Both the position numbers and the translations under genes were made by a program. Below are positions 47,326 to 56,570 of a DNA stretch of 64,000 nucleotides, in pieces. Each line of letters begins with the position of its first letter. The first letter of the stretch is position 1. The DNA is from Coriobacteriia bacterium (GTDB lineage Bacteria; Actinomycetota; Coriobacteriia; Coriobacteriales; UBA8131), in assembly GCA_009783085.1 (NCBI GenBank), contig WRHU01000004.1, positions 8,164-72,163 on the forward strand, written 5' to 3'. The notes beneath the pieces were generated by a model, which was given only the letters and a program-made list of their open reading frames with translations, was not told the DNA's origin and searched no databases.

Positions 47326-47524
47326 GGTGCATTCCTTTCGTCGTGTGCTTCGCCCACTGCCCAAGTGTTCCCCAAGGGCTTTTTGCGGCAACAATGCTTC
47401 ATTTCTGGTCTATCAAATGCCGCCAGAAGCTTTTGTACCGTATAGAATACCAGAATACAGCCCATTCTCAAAGTCGCCGACGCAACTAGTTTTGTTTCTG
47501 TTGATATTGCGCCACGTACAAGGG

Positions 47525-48295
47525 TTATAGGGGCGCGTGCTTAAACCTCACAATGGCAGCCACGAGGGCGGATGCAGCCACAGCCACCGCAACAAGCGCA
47601 GGCACAAGCATCTCGGAGGGTTTTATCGCTCCGTCCATAAGTCCAAGCCCATTGACAATAAGCAAACAGGGGTTCCAGAAAAACAAATCAGGAAAGGCCG
47701 TGAGCACCAAGAGAACAAACAACACAAAACCCGGAATGATAAGACCACTCAAGCCGCCCTTAAAAAGCACCGACGAAAGTGGTATAAGTGCCAGCAGGAA
47801 CTCGCCAAAAAGCCAAAAAAGCACAACGCTCAAGAAGAGATGTTTTACCGTCTCGCCAGAAAAAAGCAACTCAGTATAAGCCCATGAAACAACCGTTGCA
47901 ACCACAACCGCCAAAGTCCACAACATGCTCGCTACCAAAAACTTAACGAGCACTATGCCCGTGCGCCCAAGGCCCTTGGTAAGCGGAAGCACCAGCGTAT
48001 CCCTGCTTCTTTCTCTGGAGAGCATGCCGCCGCAAATCAGGAGTATGGCCAACACGCCCATTTGCCCTACGTTTGCGTAGAACTGCGCCCACGCATCAAG
48101 AGCAGTAGGCTGTGTGATGGCAAGGTCGCCCATCATCTCGCTCGCACCAGCCAGCTCAAGTAATTGCGGTGTAAAATTTGCCAGTGGCGCATTCATAAGG
48201 CCGAGCAGAAAAAACACTCCAATAACAATCCAAATGCGATGGGTACGAAGCATTTCTAAAAGTTCTTTTGAAAGAAAGGCAAAAAATCCGTTCAT
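47525..48295 (-). CDS. ABC-2 type transporter permease
   Basis: 256 aa, about 6 TM helices, with a 4-bp overlap with the upstream ATPase gene. Confidence 0.7.
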   Translation of the reverse strand: MNGFFAFLSKELLEMLRTHRIWIVIGVFFLLGLMNAPLANFTPQLLELAGASEMMGDLAITQPTALDAWAQFYANVGQMGVLAILLICGGMLSRERSRDTLVLPLTKGLGRTGIVLVKFLVASMLWTLAVVVATVVSWAYTELLFSGETVKHLFLSVVLFWLFGEFLLALIPLSSVLFKGGLSGLIIPGFVLFVLLVLTAFPDLFFWNPCLLIVNGLGLMDGAIKPSEMLVPALVAVAVAASALVAAIVRFKHAPL

Positions 48296-49218
48296 GCGAT
48301 CACGTCCATATAAAGGTTTTCGAGGGTAGGTTCCAGAACTTGGTAATTCAACACGGTGAGCTTGCGAGAAGCTAGCTCAGAAAAGAGCGCAGCACCGTCT
48401 TTTTGTACCGAACCAACATCTATGCGCAAAACATCTCGCAGCGCCGTAAGTTGCACAACGTAGGGCAGCGCACGCAGGCTCTCTCCCAAGGTTTTCAGCG
48501 CTGCTTGGTCAAGCCCGTCAAAGCTCACAATAATGCTGTCGCGACGATGCTTGGTTTTTATTTCCTCAAGTTTGCCGCCCAGTACCAAATGACCGTTTTC
48601 AAGCACACCGACCGTATCGCAAATGCGCTCAACATCGGCAAGAATATGGGTAGAAAGCAGAACTGTCGTACGGGTGCGCACCTCGTCCAAAATGGCGAGA
48701 ATCTCGCTCCTGCCCTGTGGGTCAAGTGCGCTGGTGGGCTCATCACAAATGAGCAGCGTCGGCTCATGCATCAACGCCTGAGCAATACCAAGACGCTGTT
48801 TCATGCCACGCGAGTAGCCCTTGATGCGGCGGGTGGCACTTTCCTGCAGGCCAACAAGGCTGATTAGCTCATTTGTTTTGCGCTCAATATCTGTTGTGTT
48901 CATGCCCGTTATGCGTCCACAAAAATGCAGATATTCAAGTGCGCTCATAAATCCGTAAAACTCAGGCACATCGGGGAGATAGCCAACAACTTTGTTGGTG
49001 GGAGTTTCGCCAAAAACAACCTTTTTGCCTTTGACATACACCTCGCCTGCATCTGCCTTAAGCAAGCCAACAATTATCTTCATGGTTGTAGTTTTACCGC
49101 TCCCGTTTCTGCCGATAAAACCGAAAACACTCCCCTCCTCAACTTCAAAAGAGAGTTGTTTGAGTACCTCAAGCTCCTTGAAGCTTTTAGATACGGAGTC
49201 TACTACCAAAAGTCCCAT
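48292..49218 (-). CDS. ABC transporter ATP-binding protein (ABC-2/DrrA-like)
   Basis: GRNGSGKTT, YSRGMKQRLGIAQAL, LLICDEPTSALD, plus a C-terminal accessory domain. Confidence 0.9.
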   Translation of the reverse strand: MGLLVVDSVSKSFKELEVLKQLSFEVEEGSVFGFIGRNGSGKTTTMKIIVGLLKADAGEVYVKGKKVVFGETPTNKVVGYLPDVPEFYGFMSALEYLHFCGRITGMNTTDIERKTNELISLVGLQESATRRIKGYSRGMKQRLGIAQALMHEPTLLICDEPTSALDPQGRSEILAILDEVRTRTTVLLSTHILADVERICDTVGVLENGHLVLGGKLEEIKTKHRRDSIIVSFDGLDQAALKTLGESLRALPYVVQLTALRDVLRIDVGSVQKDGAALFSELASRKLTVLNYQVLEPTLENLYMDVIA

Positions 49219-49238
49219 AGCTCACCTCTTTTGTCAAT

Positions 49239-50189
49239 CTAGCGGTCCTGTTCGTTCTGTTCGCCTTGCTCGTCCTGCTCGCCTTGCTCGTCCTGCTCGT
49301 TGTCTTGCAAAAAAGCACGCCTGCGCCTAGAGCGCACCCAAGCCAAAAGACCAAAGGCAGCTATGGCAAGGGCAGCAAAGCAGAGGGCAACGGATATAAG
49401 CATAATAATATTCTCGGTTGAACCAAAGGTGTCAAATCCGGACTCATAGGGAGGAGCGGGAGTGCTTTCAAGTGCAGGAGCTTCCAATATCTCTGTAGGT
49501 GCCTCTATTACCTCTGTAGATGCACTCTGCGTTTCAAGCGCTGCATCATCGGAGCTTTCGCCGTATTTGCCCTTATCTGAACTGCCAGCTTCATCTGAAC
49601 TGCCAGCTTCAGGCTCTGAGGCATCTGCGGTACGACCTGCTTCATTTGCCTCAGACGCGCCACTGTCTGCGTTTGGCGTTGCAGAGTCTGGAGCACTGTT
49701 AGGGGACACGGCAGGATAAGCCTTTTGGTCGTTGTCCTCGTCAAAATCTGACTCGGCATCATAGACATCATCAGGAGCGTTCTCAGAAGGTGCGGAGTCA
49801 GACATGCTCGAAAGTGATCCCGAGAAAATCTGGTCAAAAAGGGAATCAGACGGCAAAACCGTGAGCGGCAAAATAACTGCAAGAGCAAGGCAGGCAGCAA
49901 TGGGCAGGATATAGTTTGCAAACGAAAAACGCTGGAGCTTCTTGCGCGGAGCGGTAGGTTGTCCTGCTTGTCCTGCTTGTCCTGCTTGTCCTGCTTGCCC
50001 TGCTTGCCCTGCTTGCCCTGCTTGTCCTGCTTGCTCAGCTTGCCCTGGTTGCCCTGCCTGCTGCTCATTTAGCTCATGCGCTGTCAAAATATTGCTCAAC
50101 ATACGAGCGCGTGCTTGCTCGTTAGGGCCAGCCGCCTCAAACGCTTCTCTCAGTTTTTGCTCATTCGTTTTCTCGTTCATCAAACTCAC
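49239..50189 (-). CDS. putative membrane anti-sigma factor with (AGQ)n and acidic repeats
   Basis: Overlaps the 3-prime end of the ECF sigma gene. N-terminal cytoplasmic segment, TM helix (ILPIAACLALAVILPL), acidic S/D/E-rich region, and a second TM near the C-terminus. No zf-HC2 motif seen. Confidence 0.5.
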   Translation of the reverse strand: MSLMNEKTNEQKLREAFEAAGPNEQARARMLSNILTAHELNEQQAGQPGQAEQAGQAGQAGQAGQAGQAGQAGQAGQPTAPRKKLQRFSFANYILPIAACLALAVILPLTVLPSDSLFDQIFSGSLSSMSDSAPSENAPDDVYDAESDFDEDNDQKAYPAVSPNSAPDSATPNADSGASEANEAGRTADASEPEAGSSDEAGSSDKGKYGESSDDAALETQSASTEVIEAPTEILEAPALESTPAPPYESGFDTFGSTENIIMLISVALCFAALAIAAFGLLAWVRSRRRRAFLQDNEQDEQGEQDEQGEQNEQDR

Positions 50190-50730
50190 CCCCTAACCTC
50201 TTTCTCAGCTCTTTACGCGCGTCACTCAAATAGTTTCTCACCGTTGAGTGCGGCTTGCCGATAAGCTCTCCAATCTCTGCTGCGTTATATCCCTCGTAGT
50301 AGTAGAGATACACGCAGGTTTGTAAGTTTTCTGGCAACGCTCGTACGTGCTCAAGCGTGCTGTCGTGTGCCGATGCAGGGTCTGCTCCAGGAGCCACTGG
50401 CTCTGCAATACTCTCCAAGTCGGTACGCTTATTCCAGCTGCTTTTCAAAACGTCTTTACAGTGGTTTATCGCCACGCGGATAAGCCACGCCTTTTCGTGC
50501 TCGTCGTTTTCAAAACTCTGAGGCTTGGAAAGCAGCTTGAGAAAAACGTTTTGGGTCGCGTCCTCAGCATCTGCCGCCGTAGACAAATACGAGCGACAGA
50601 CCCGAAACACCGTGTCTGCCTGTCGGTTATACAGGGCAACAAACCATGTAGTGTCCTGCGTACTCAAGCTAACAAACCATTCCTTACTAACAATACGATT
50701 CAAAGCCGCCTTGTGTCGGAAAACGTCCAA
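50161..50730 (-). CDS. ECF-type RNA polymerase sigma factor (sigma-70 family, regions 2 and 4)
   Basis: FVALYNRQADTVFRVCRSYL...DATQNVFLKL...AWLIRVAINHCKD (region 2) and YYYEGYNAAEIGELIGKPHSTVRNYLSDARKELR (region 4 HTH). Confidence 0.85.
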   Translation of the reverse strand: MDVFRHKAALNRIVSKEWFVSLSTQDTTWFVALYNRQADTVFRVCRSYLSTAADAEDATQNVFLKLLSKPQSFENDEHEKAWLIRVAINHCKDVLKSSWNKRTDLESIAEPVAPGADPASAHDSTLEHVRALPENLQTCVYLYYYEGYNAAEIGELIGKPHSTVRNYLSDARKELRKRLGGEFDERENE

Positions 50731-50904
50731 AACGCAAAAATTGTTTACTAAAAGAGTGTAGCACGACTACGCTTGGAGTGCCGTGTTGCACACGTTGCAT
50801 AACGGGGACTTTGCTTGAGGAGGATTGTGTGCCGCTTCGTTTGATTGACGCCACACGTGATACAATAAAAGCCACGAGAAAATCGACGGTAAGGCGAATG
50901 AGTC

Positions 50905-52116
50905 ATGAGCGACCCAAAGCAAACTGAACAACAAGCTGAGCTGCTAAGAGCCCTTACGTCCATTGCGTCTGCGGACACAAGTACCTTAAGTGAAGGCTCT
51001 ACAACCACCCTAGGTGAAAGCTCGCTATTTGATATAGGTATCCCTGCAGAACCAAGTTTTCCTGCTGAGCCAATTATGCCGGCTGAGCCTTTTTTGTTAC
51101 CTGATGAGCCAAAAATGCCTGCCGAGCCTCAGTTGCCCGCTGAGTTTGAAGGCTCTTTTGACACGGCTGCCTATATTGCCTCGCTTTCCCAAAGTGCGCC
51201 ACTCATGGCAAATCAAACAAAAACGCAGGCCGCAATAGAACAAGATATGACCTCAAGCAACGAGGACAAATCCTCAAAAAAGAAACCTCCTCAAAAAGTT
51301 GCTGCACCAAAACCAAAACCCATACCAGCGCCTGTTCCTATGCAATCAGGGCTGCCAACTACAAGACCCTCCTCACCCTATCAGCCGCCCCAAGAATCAG
51401 GGCACTACGAGGAGCAAAACAAGCCCAGTCGCACCCCGCAGGCACCACCAAAGAAAAAGGGCTGCCTGCGTAATCCTTTCGTCATATTTGCGATACTGCT
51501 TTGGGTTGGTGCTTCTGCCTTTTCGGCCTTTGACCAAACTAACAATAATTCCTCGTTCTTGTCAGACACAAGCTATGATTCGCAGGACAACAGCTACTAC
51601 GACGATGATGAAAGCTGGAAATACATTGAGGGGCCTGCCCATTGCGAGAGCGAAAACTTTGGCATAGCCTTTGACTTGCCAGCTGGTTGGAACTTCCACG
51701 AGGACTACACGAGTTCGCACGAGAGCTTGTTCATAGTCTATTTTGGGGACGATTCCCTTGATGCCTACGGCGGAGTTTCTCTTATGCGTTTCGATTGGGA
51801 GAGTTTTCCCGATGCAGAGGGCGCAGCTTTTGAGGAATACTTCTTGCGCTTTGTTCCTACCGGTGAGGTGAATGTTGAGCATCATGGCTTTGTTGAAAAC
51901 AGTGGCTTACTTTGGCATCAAATGAACTATGCTTCACAGGAGAAAAACTGGAGAGATGTCTATGAGCAGGGAGTTATCTTTGTTGCCGAGGACTCTAACA
52001 GAGGCGGTGTAGTGGTATACCGACTGTACGGCTTTTCTCCTTCTCCAGAAGCCTCTGATTTTTCTGCACGAGCAGAGGGGCTTGGGTTGTTTGAGTCGCT
52101 TGAGTTTCTTGATTAG
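50905..52116 (+). CDS. hypothetical membrane protein: Pro-rich N-terminal half, one TM, extracytoplasmic C-terminal domain
   Basis: 403 aa; PAEP repeats, TM NPFVIFAILLWVGASAFSAF. Divergent from the ECF sigma gene. Confidence 0.5.
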   Translation: MSDPKQTEQQAELLRALTSIASADTSTLSEGSTTTLGESSLFDIGIPAEPSFPAEPIMPAEPFLLPDEPKMPAEPQLPAEFEGSFDTAAYIASLSQSAPLMANQTKTQAAIEQDMTSSNEDKSSKKKPPQKVAAPKPKPIPAPVPMQSGLPTTRPSSPYQPPQESGHYEEQNKPSRTPQAPPKKKGCLRNPFVIFAILLWVGASAFSAFDQTNNNSSFLSDTSYDSQDNSYYDDDESWKYIEGPAHCESENFGIAFDLPAGWNFHEDYTSSHESLFIVYFGDDSLDAYGGVSLMRFDWESFPDAEGAAFEEYFLRFVPTGEVNVEHHGFVENSGLLWHQMNYASQEKNWRDVYEQGVIFVAEDSNRGGVVVYRLYGFSPSPEASDFSARAEGLGLFESLEFLD

Positions 52117-52229
52117 AGCTAAAGCTGCCGCTCTCCCGCTTGACTAGAGCTTAAACTGCCGCTCTCCCGCTAGATTGCTTCGACGCTGCGCTCCTCGCAA
52201 TGGCTCAATAGCCAAACGCTCGCAGTTCG

Positions 52230-53021
52230 CTAGTCGTCAAAGGGAAACAAGGTATAGGCAACACGGTCTTTAGAAGGAACCCGGCATACCTCAACATTAA
52301 AAGCCTGTTCAATGGCTCCAGAGGCAAATACCTCTTCAACGCTGCCCGCACAAATACAGCTCCCCCGCTCCATAACGGCAAGGTGGTCTGAGTAACGCAG
52401 CGCCAAATCAAGGTCGTGAATTACCATCACAATCGTTTTTCCTGAGCTTCTATTAAGCTCGGTGACCAGCTGCATGATGTCATGACACGCACGAACATCA
52501 AGGTAGGTAGTTGGCTCATCGAGAGCGATAATATCGGTGTCTTGGGCAAGCGTCATAGCAATAAACGCACGCTGGCGTTCGCCTCCAGAAAGACGACGCA
52601 CGTCATGATTGCGAAAATGTTCGATGCCAGCAAGCGCCATAGCCTCAGCAACTTTTTCTTTATCCTCGGTATCAAGATGCGAGCGCATGTGGCTGTGATA
52701 CGGGTAGCGTCCGCAAGAAACTAAAGCCTCAACGCTCATCGCCGGAGGACGCGCTCCTTGGGCAAGCAGCGCCAAATGCCGTGCACGCTGGCGACCCTTC
52801 ATTTCAAGGCTTGGCTTGCCGTTAAGATAGACCGTGCCACCAAACGGCTCGATAAGTCCGTCTATGATTTTGAGAAGCGTTGATTTTCCGCAGCCGTTTG
52901 GCCCAATGATGCTGGTTATATCGCCGTATGCAACGTCAAGATTGAGCCCCTCGATAAAAGGCTCTTTGGTGTAGGAGTAGCTTACACCGCTCACGCTTAT
53001 GGCTGGCTCATTGTTACGCAT
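52230..53021 (-). CDS. Fe-chelate/cobalamin-type ABC transporter ATP-binding protein (FepC/BtuD-like)
   Basis: GPNGCGKSTLLK, LSGGERQRAFIAMTLAQD, IIALDEPTTYLD. Confidence 0.9.
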   Translation of the reverse strand: MRNNEPAISVSGVSYSYTKEPFIEGLNLDVAYGDITSIIGPNGCGKSTLLKIIDGLIEPFGGTVYLNGKPSLEMKGRQRARHLALLAQGARPPAMSVEALVSCGRYPYHSHMRSHLDTEDKEKVAEAMALAGIEHFRNHDVRRLSGGERQRAFIAMTLAQDTDIIALDEPTTYLDVRACHDIMQLVTELNRSSGKTIVMVIHDLDLALRYSDHLAVMERGSCICAGSVEEVFASGAIEQAFNVEVCRVPSKDRVAYTLFPFDD

Positions 53022-54030
53022 CGCCGTGTTTCCTGTTCTTGATAATCAGGTAGATAAAGAACGGCCCACCAATGAACGCCATAAGAATACCAACGGGAAT
53101 CTCATACGGAGCAAAAAGCACCCGTGCGAGCAGGTCGCAAAACACCACAAAAGCGGCACCAAAGGTTGCGCTTAAGGGCAACACAATGCGGTTATCATGC
53201 CCCACAATAAAGCGAATAAGATGCGGCACAATCAAACCAACAAAACCCAGCAAGCCCGCAAAACTTACCGCCGCTCCCGCAAGCAAAGCCGCAAGACCGA
53301 GCAAAGACATACGCCAACGTCCAACGTTCATACCAAGCGAATGAGCCGTTGCATCACCAAGCGACATGATATTGAGCTTGTTAGCCACAAAGGTTGCAAT
53401 AAGCAAGCCAAAAATGATGTAAATTGAAGGCCAGGTAAGGTTGCTCATAAGTACGCCTGAAAGACCGCCCACCAAAAATCTGCTTGCTCCAATATAGGCA
53501 TCAGGATTTATGATGAGTATGGTATTCATGCCCGCACCAAAAATACTTGAAAGCGCAATACCCGCAAGTACCACGGTAAGACGAGAAGCGCCCATTCCCA
53601 GCGAGATAAAAAAGATAACCACCGCAGTAATAAGAGCGCCAACAAAAGCAGCGATGGGCTGAACAAAAAATAGGCCGGGCAAAAAGGCACTTACCAAAAG
53701 CACCGCAAAGCCCGCTCCGGCGTTAATACCAATGATATTGGGGCAGGCAAGCGGATTGTCGAGCACCGCTTGGATAAGCGCACCTGCCATCGCAAGGGCC
53801 GCACCCGCCAAAAGAGCGGCAAGCACACGCGGAAGGCGCACGTTGAGCAAAATGCTCTTTGCGCTTGCAGAAACTTCGCCACCAGAAATAAGGGCTAAAA
53901 ACTCGGGCAAACCCACCGAAGTTGAGCCAACAAAAAATGCAGCAACGGTGACCAGCACAAGAAATGCACCCGTCACCGCTACCGCTACTACTTTGGTATG
54001 TCGTGCCCGCAAAGGCTTCATATACCCCAC
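53014..54030 (-). CDS. FecCD-family ABC transporter permease
   Basis: 338 aa polytopic protein; LNVRLPRVLAALLAGAALAMAGALIQ and GGPFFIYLI motifs of the FecCD/BtuC family. Confidence 0.9.
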   Translation of the reverse strand: MGYMKPLRARHTKVVAVAVTGAFLVLVTVAAFFVGSTSVGLPEFLALISGGEVSASAKSILLNVRLPRVLAALLAGAALAMAGALIQAVLDNPLACPNIIGINAGAGFAVLLVSAFLPGLFFVQPIAAFVGALITAVVIFFISLGMGASRLTVVLAGIALSSIFGAGMNTILIINPDAYIGASRFLVGGLSGVLMSNLTWPSIYIIFGLLIATFVANKLNIMSLGDATAHSLGMNVGRWRMSLLGLAALLAGAAVSFAGLLGFVGLIVPHLIRFIVGHDNRIVLPLSATFGAAFVVFCDLLARVLFAPYEIPVGILMAFIGGPFFIYLIIKNRKHGDA

Positions 54031-54119
54031 TTACCGCACCATGGACACTGCATGCTCAGGTGCGTTTGGTTGGTCGTTCGGCTGGTAGTTCGCTGAGTCG
54101 CTCGCTGCAGCCGTAGTTT

Positions 54120-55139
54120 TTAGCTGTACAGAATCTCAAACAAGTTTTCGTAGCTCTTTGCCCAGTTTGCATTGGGCTTGAAGAGGAACAAGGTCTTGTC
54201 GAGCGTAATATAGCGATTGTTTTGCACCGCATCAAGCGTAGCCCATGCTGGATTTGCCGCAGTCGCTTCCTCAAGGTTGCGCATCGCAGCAGCATCGTCA
54301 TTACCCATAGGAACTACCAAGATGAAATCAGGGTTAAGCTCAATGACCGCCTCAAGGCTAAAATCGCGGAGCAAGCTGGGCGTTTCGTCAGCAAGATTCT
54401 TTGCGCCCATCTCAGTAAGCATAGCGCCTGACATGGTTTCAGAGTTTTGAACACGCGTGCCGCCCGAGAAGGTAGTCATAAGCAAAACCGTAGGCTCGCC
54501 TTCTGCAGCAGCTGCCTTTGCCTTAATATCAGCAATCTGTGCCTCAACAGCAGTACCGTTTTGCTCATACAAATCATCACGAGCGGTAATGTTGCAGCAG
54601 GTGCGCAGCATTTTGAGGTAATCCTCAAAGGTGGTGACGTTAAAATAAGCAACCTCAGCGCCAGCATCTTTAAGAGCATCGCGCAGGTCAACTTGGCTTG
54701 CTGAGCCATCGCGACCCGTTGAAGCGCCCGTCATAATAACAAAATCAGGCTCAAGGGCAATAATCTGCTCAAGATTTGGATCGGTGAAGTAACCAACCTC
54801 TGCGATATTTGCTGCGTCAAGGCCGTAGTCCTCAAAAGCATCGCTCGTAGCACCAATAAGCGTACCGCCAGAGATGGTCCAAATGTTTGCAAAGCTACCC
54901 ATGCAAGCAACTACCTTTTGAGGATTGTTTACGGTAACTTCGTTGCCAAGATCATCGGTAAAGCTGTACTCGCTGGGTGTAGCAGGCTGGTCAGCGGGTT
55001 GGTCAACGGGTGCTTGATCTTCTCCGTCGGTAGCAGCTGGCTCGTTAGCGCAACCTACCAACATGGTAGAAGCGAGGCATAAGCTCAGCGCACCAGCGCC
55101 CAGAAGCGTTGCTACCTTTTTTCTAAAAGATACGGTCAT
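54120..55139 (-). CDS. periplasmic-binding-protein-type substrate-binding lipoprotein (BtuF/FhuD-like, class III)
   Basis: The ATG at 55139 follows AAGGAAG. Lipobox LVGC. PDFVIMTG and PDFILVVPMG motifs. Confidence 0.85.
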   Translation of the reverse strand: MTVSFRKKVATLLGAGALSLCLASTMLVGCANEPAATDGEDQAPVDQPADQPATPSEYSFTDDLGNEVTVNNPQKVVACMGSFANIWTISGGTLIGATSDAFEDYGLDAANIAEVGYFTDPNLEQIIALEPDFVIMTGASTGRDGSASQVDLRDALKDAGAEVAYFNVTTFEDYLKMLRTCCNITARDDLYEQNGTAVEAQIADIKAKAAAAEGEPTVLLMTTFSGGTRVQNSETMSGAMLTEMGAKNLADETPSLLRDFSLEAVIELNPDFILVVPMGNDDAAAMRNLEEATAANPAWATLDAVQNNRYITLDKTLFLFKPNANWAKSYENLFEILYS

Positions 55140-55183
55140 CTTACTTCCTTTCGTTTGTTTGCCCGCAAAGGGCAGGTCAATGT

Positions 55184-55261
55184 GCCCACACGGGCTACGA
55201 ACAGTTTTTGCCCTCACGGGCCACGAACAGTTTTTGCCCTCACGGGCAGGTTCCTTCTTTA
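55184..55261. repeat. 26-bp tandem repeat (about 2.5-3 copies) in the 5-prime leader of the ABC importer operon; each copy holds a GCCC-GUGN-GGGC mini-hairpin
   Basis: GCCCACACGGGC at 55184 and GCCCTCACGGGC at 55210 and 55236, each followed by (Y)ACGAACAGTTTTT. Confidence 0.85.
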
Positions 55262-55406
55262 TTCCACAGAGCGCTCTGGCACGTATGGGCCCTTGCGCCG
55301 CTGAGGTATAAACCACCTAACTTTAGCTCTTATAACAACCTTAGCGCACGGTACCGTTAAGCAACGGTTCTAGACAACAGTCAAGACAACATGAGCGAAA
55401 CAAACA

Positions 55407-56450
55407 CTAGACAACAACGCCATCAAGCTCAAGCTGCTGGCTGTGAGCGCAGTAGTCATCTTGCGCCATAATGTCACCCTCATGATAATATGCCGCACGG
55501 GCACGACAGCCTCCGCAGCCATCTTTATAATCACATTCGCCACAAGCACCGCTGTATGCCTTGGTGCGCAGCGTGTTAAAGACTTCGCTGTCACGCCAAA
55601 TTTCGTCAAAGGGTGTTTGACGCACGTCGCCTGCTTCCTCGGTCATGTACGCACACGGACGCACAATACCCTCTGAACCAATAACGCAATAGGTAAGCCC
55701 CGCAAGGCAGCCACGGCTAAAACGGGTTTCAACCTCAAGTTGCTTGGCAACACGGGTAAATTGAGGAGCGCAGGTAGGCTTAACGTCGATGGAAACCTCA
55801 TCTTGCTTTTTCATAATGGCGCGGAGCAATTCCTCGTTCTCGCGCACCTCAAGTGCAGCAGTTTCCTGAATATAAACGCCACGGCCCACAGGAATGAGGA
55901 AAAATATGTAGTGAGCAATTGCGCCGATTTCCTCGGCAAAATCAGTGATGTCGCAAATCTCGCCCTTGTTAAAGTCCACAACCGTGGTGTGCAGCTGGAA
56001 GGGCAAACCAACCTTTTTGCAGTTCTCGATACCTTGCAAGGTGAGTTTGTGGGCGTCTTTGAGGCCTCTAAACTCGTCGTGTGCTTCCTCGTCAAGACTG
56101 TCGATGCTAATACCCATGGCCACCGCACCAGCCTCTTTGAGTTTTTGGGCAACTTCTTCGGTGATAAGAATGCCGTTGGTGCCAAAAACAGGGCGCAAAC
56201 CCTTTGAGGCAGCATAAGAAACCAGTTCAAAAATGTCTGGTCTAAGCAGCGGCTCGCCGCCCGAGAAAATCATGATTTTGAAGCCCGCCTTGGCAATCTG
56301 GTCGATTAAAGCAAGGCCTTCTTCGGTAGTAAGTTCTTTTTCTTGACTCTCATCTGCATCTTGATAGCAGTGCTTGCATTTGAGATTACACTCGTTTGTA
56401 GTCATCCACGATACAATCATGGACCCGCCTTTCTCGCTTGTATAGTCCAA
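55407..56450 (-). CDS. radical SAM/SPASM enzyme of the NirJ/AhbC/AhbD type (putative alternative heme biosynthesis)
   Basis: CNLKCKHC (CxxxCxxC), FSGGEPLLRPDIFELV, GTNGILIT, and a C-terminal Cys-rich SPASM region (CGECDYKDGCGGCRARAY). Confidence 0.7.
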   Translation of the reverse strand: MDYTSEKGGSMIVSWMTTNECNLKCKHCYQDADESQEKELTTEEGLALIDQIAKAGFKIMIFSGGEPLLRPDIFELVSYAASKGLRPVFGTNGILITEEVAQKLKEAGAVAMGISIDSLDEEAHDEFRGLKDAHKLTLQGIENCKKVGLPFQLHTTVVDFNKGEICDITDFAEEIGAIAHYIFFLIPVGRGVYIQETAALEVRENEELLRAIMKKQDEVSIDVKPTCAPQFTRVAKQLEVETRFSRGCLAGLTYCVIGSEGIVRPCAYMTEEAGDVRQTPFDEIWRDSEVFNTLRTKAYSGACGECDYKDGCGGCRARAAYYHEGDIMAQDDYCAHSQQLELDGVVV

Positions 56451-56570
56451 ACAGGATTATTTGAGGGCACATTAGCTCTACAACAGCGCAAACGCACTAT
56501 GCCAGCTTTGCGATACCCTTAAACCCATAAAGATGAAATAATACTCTATGAAGCCCGCAAACGCAATACC

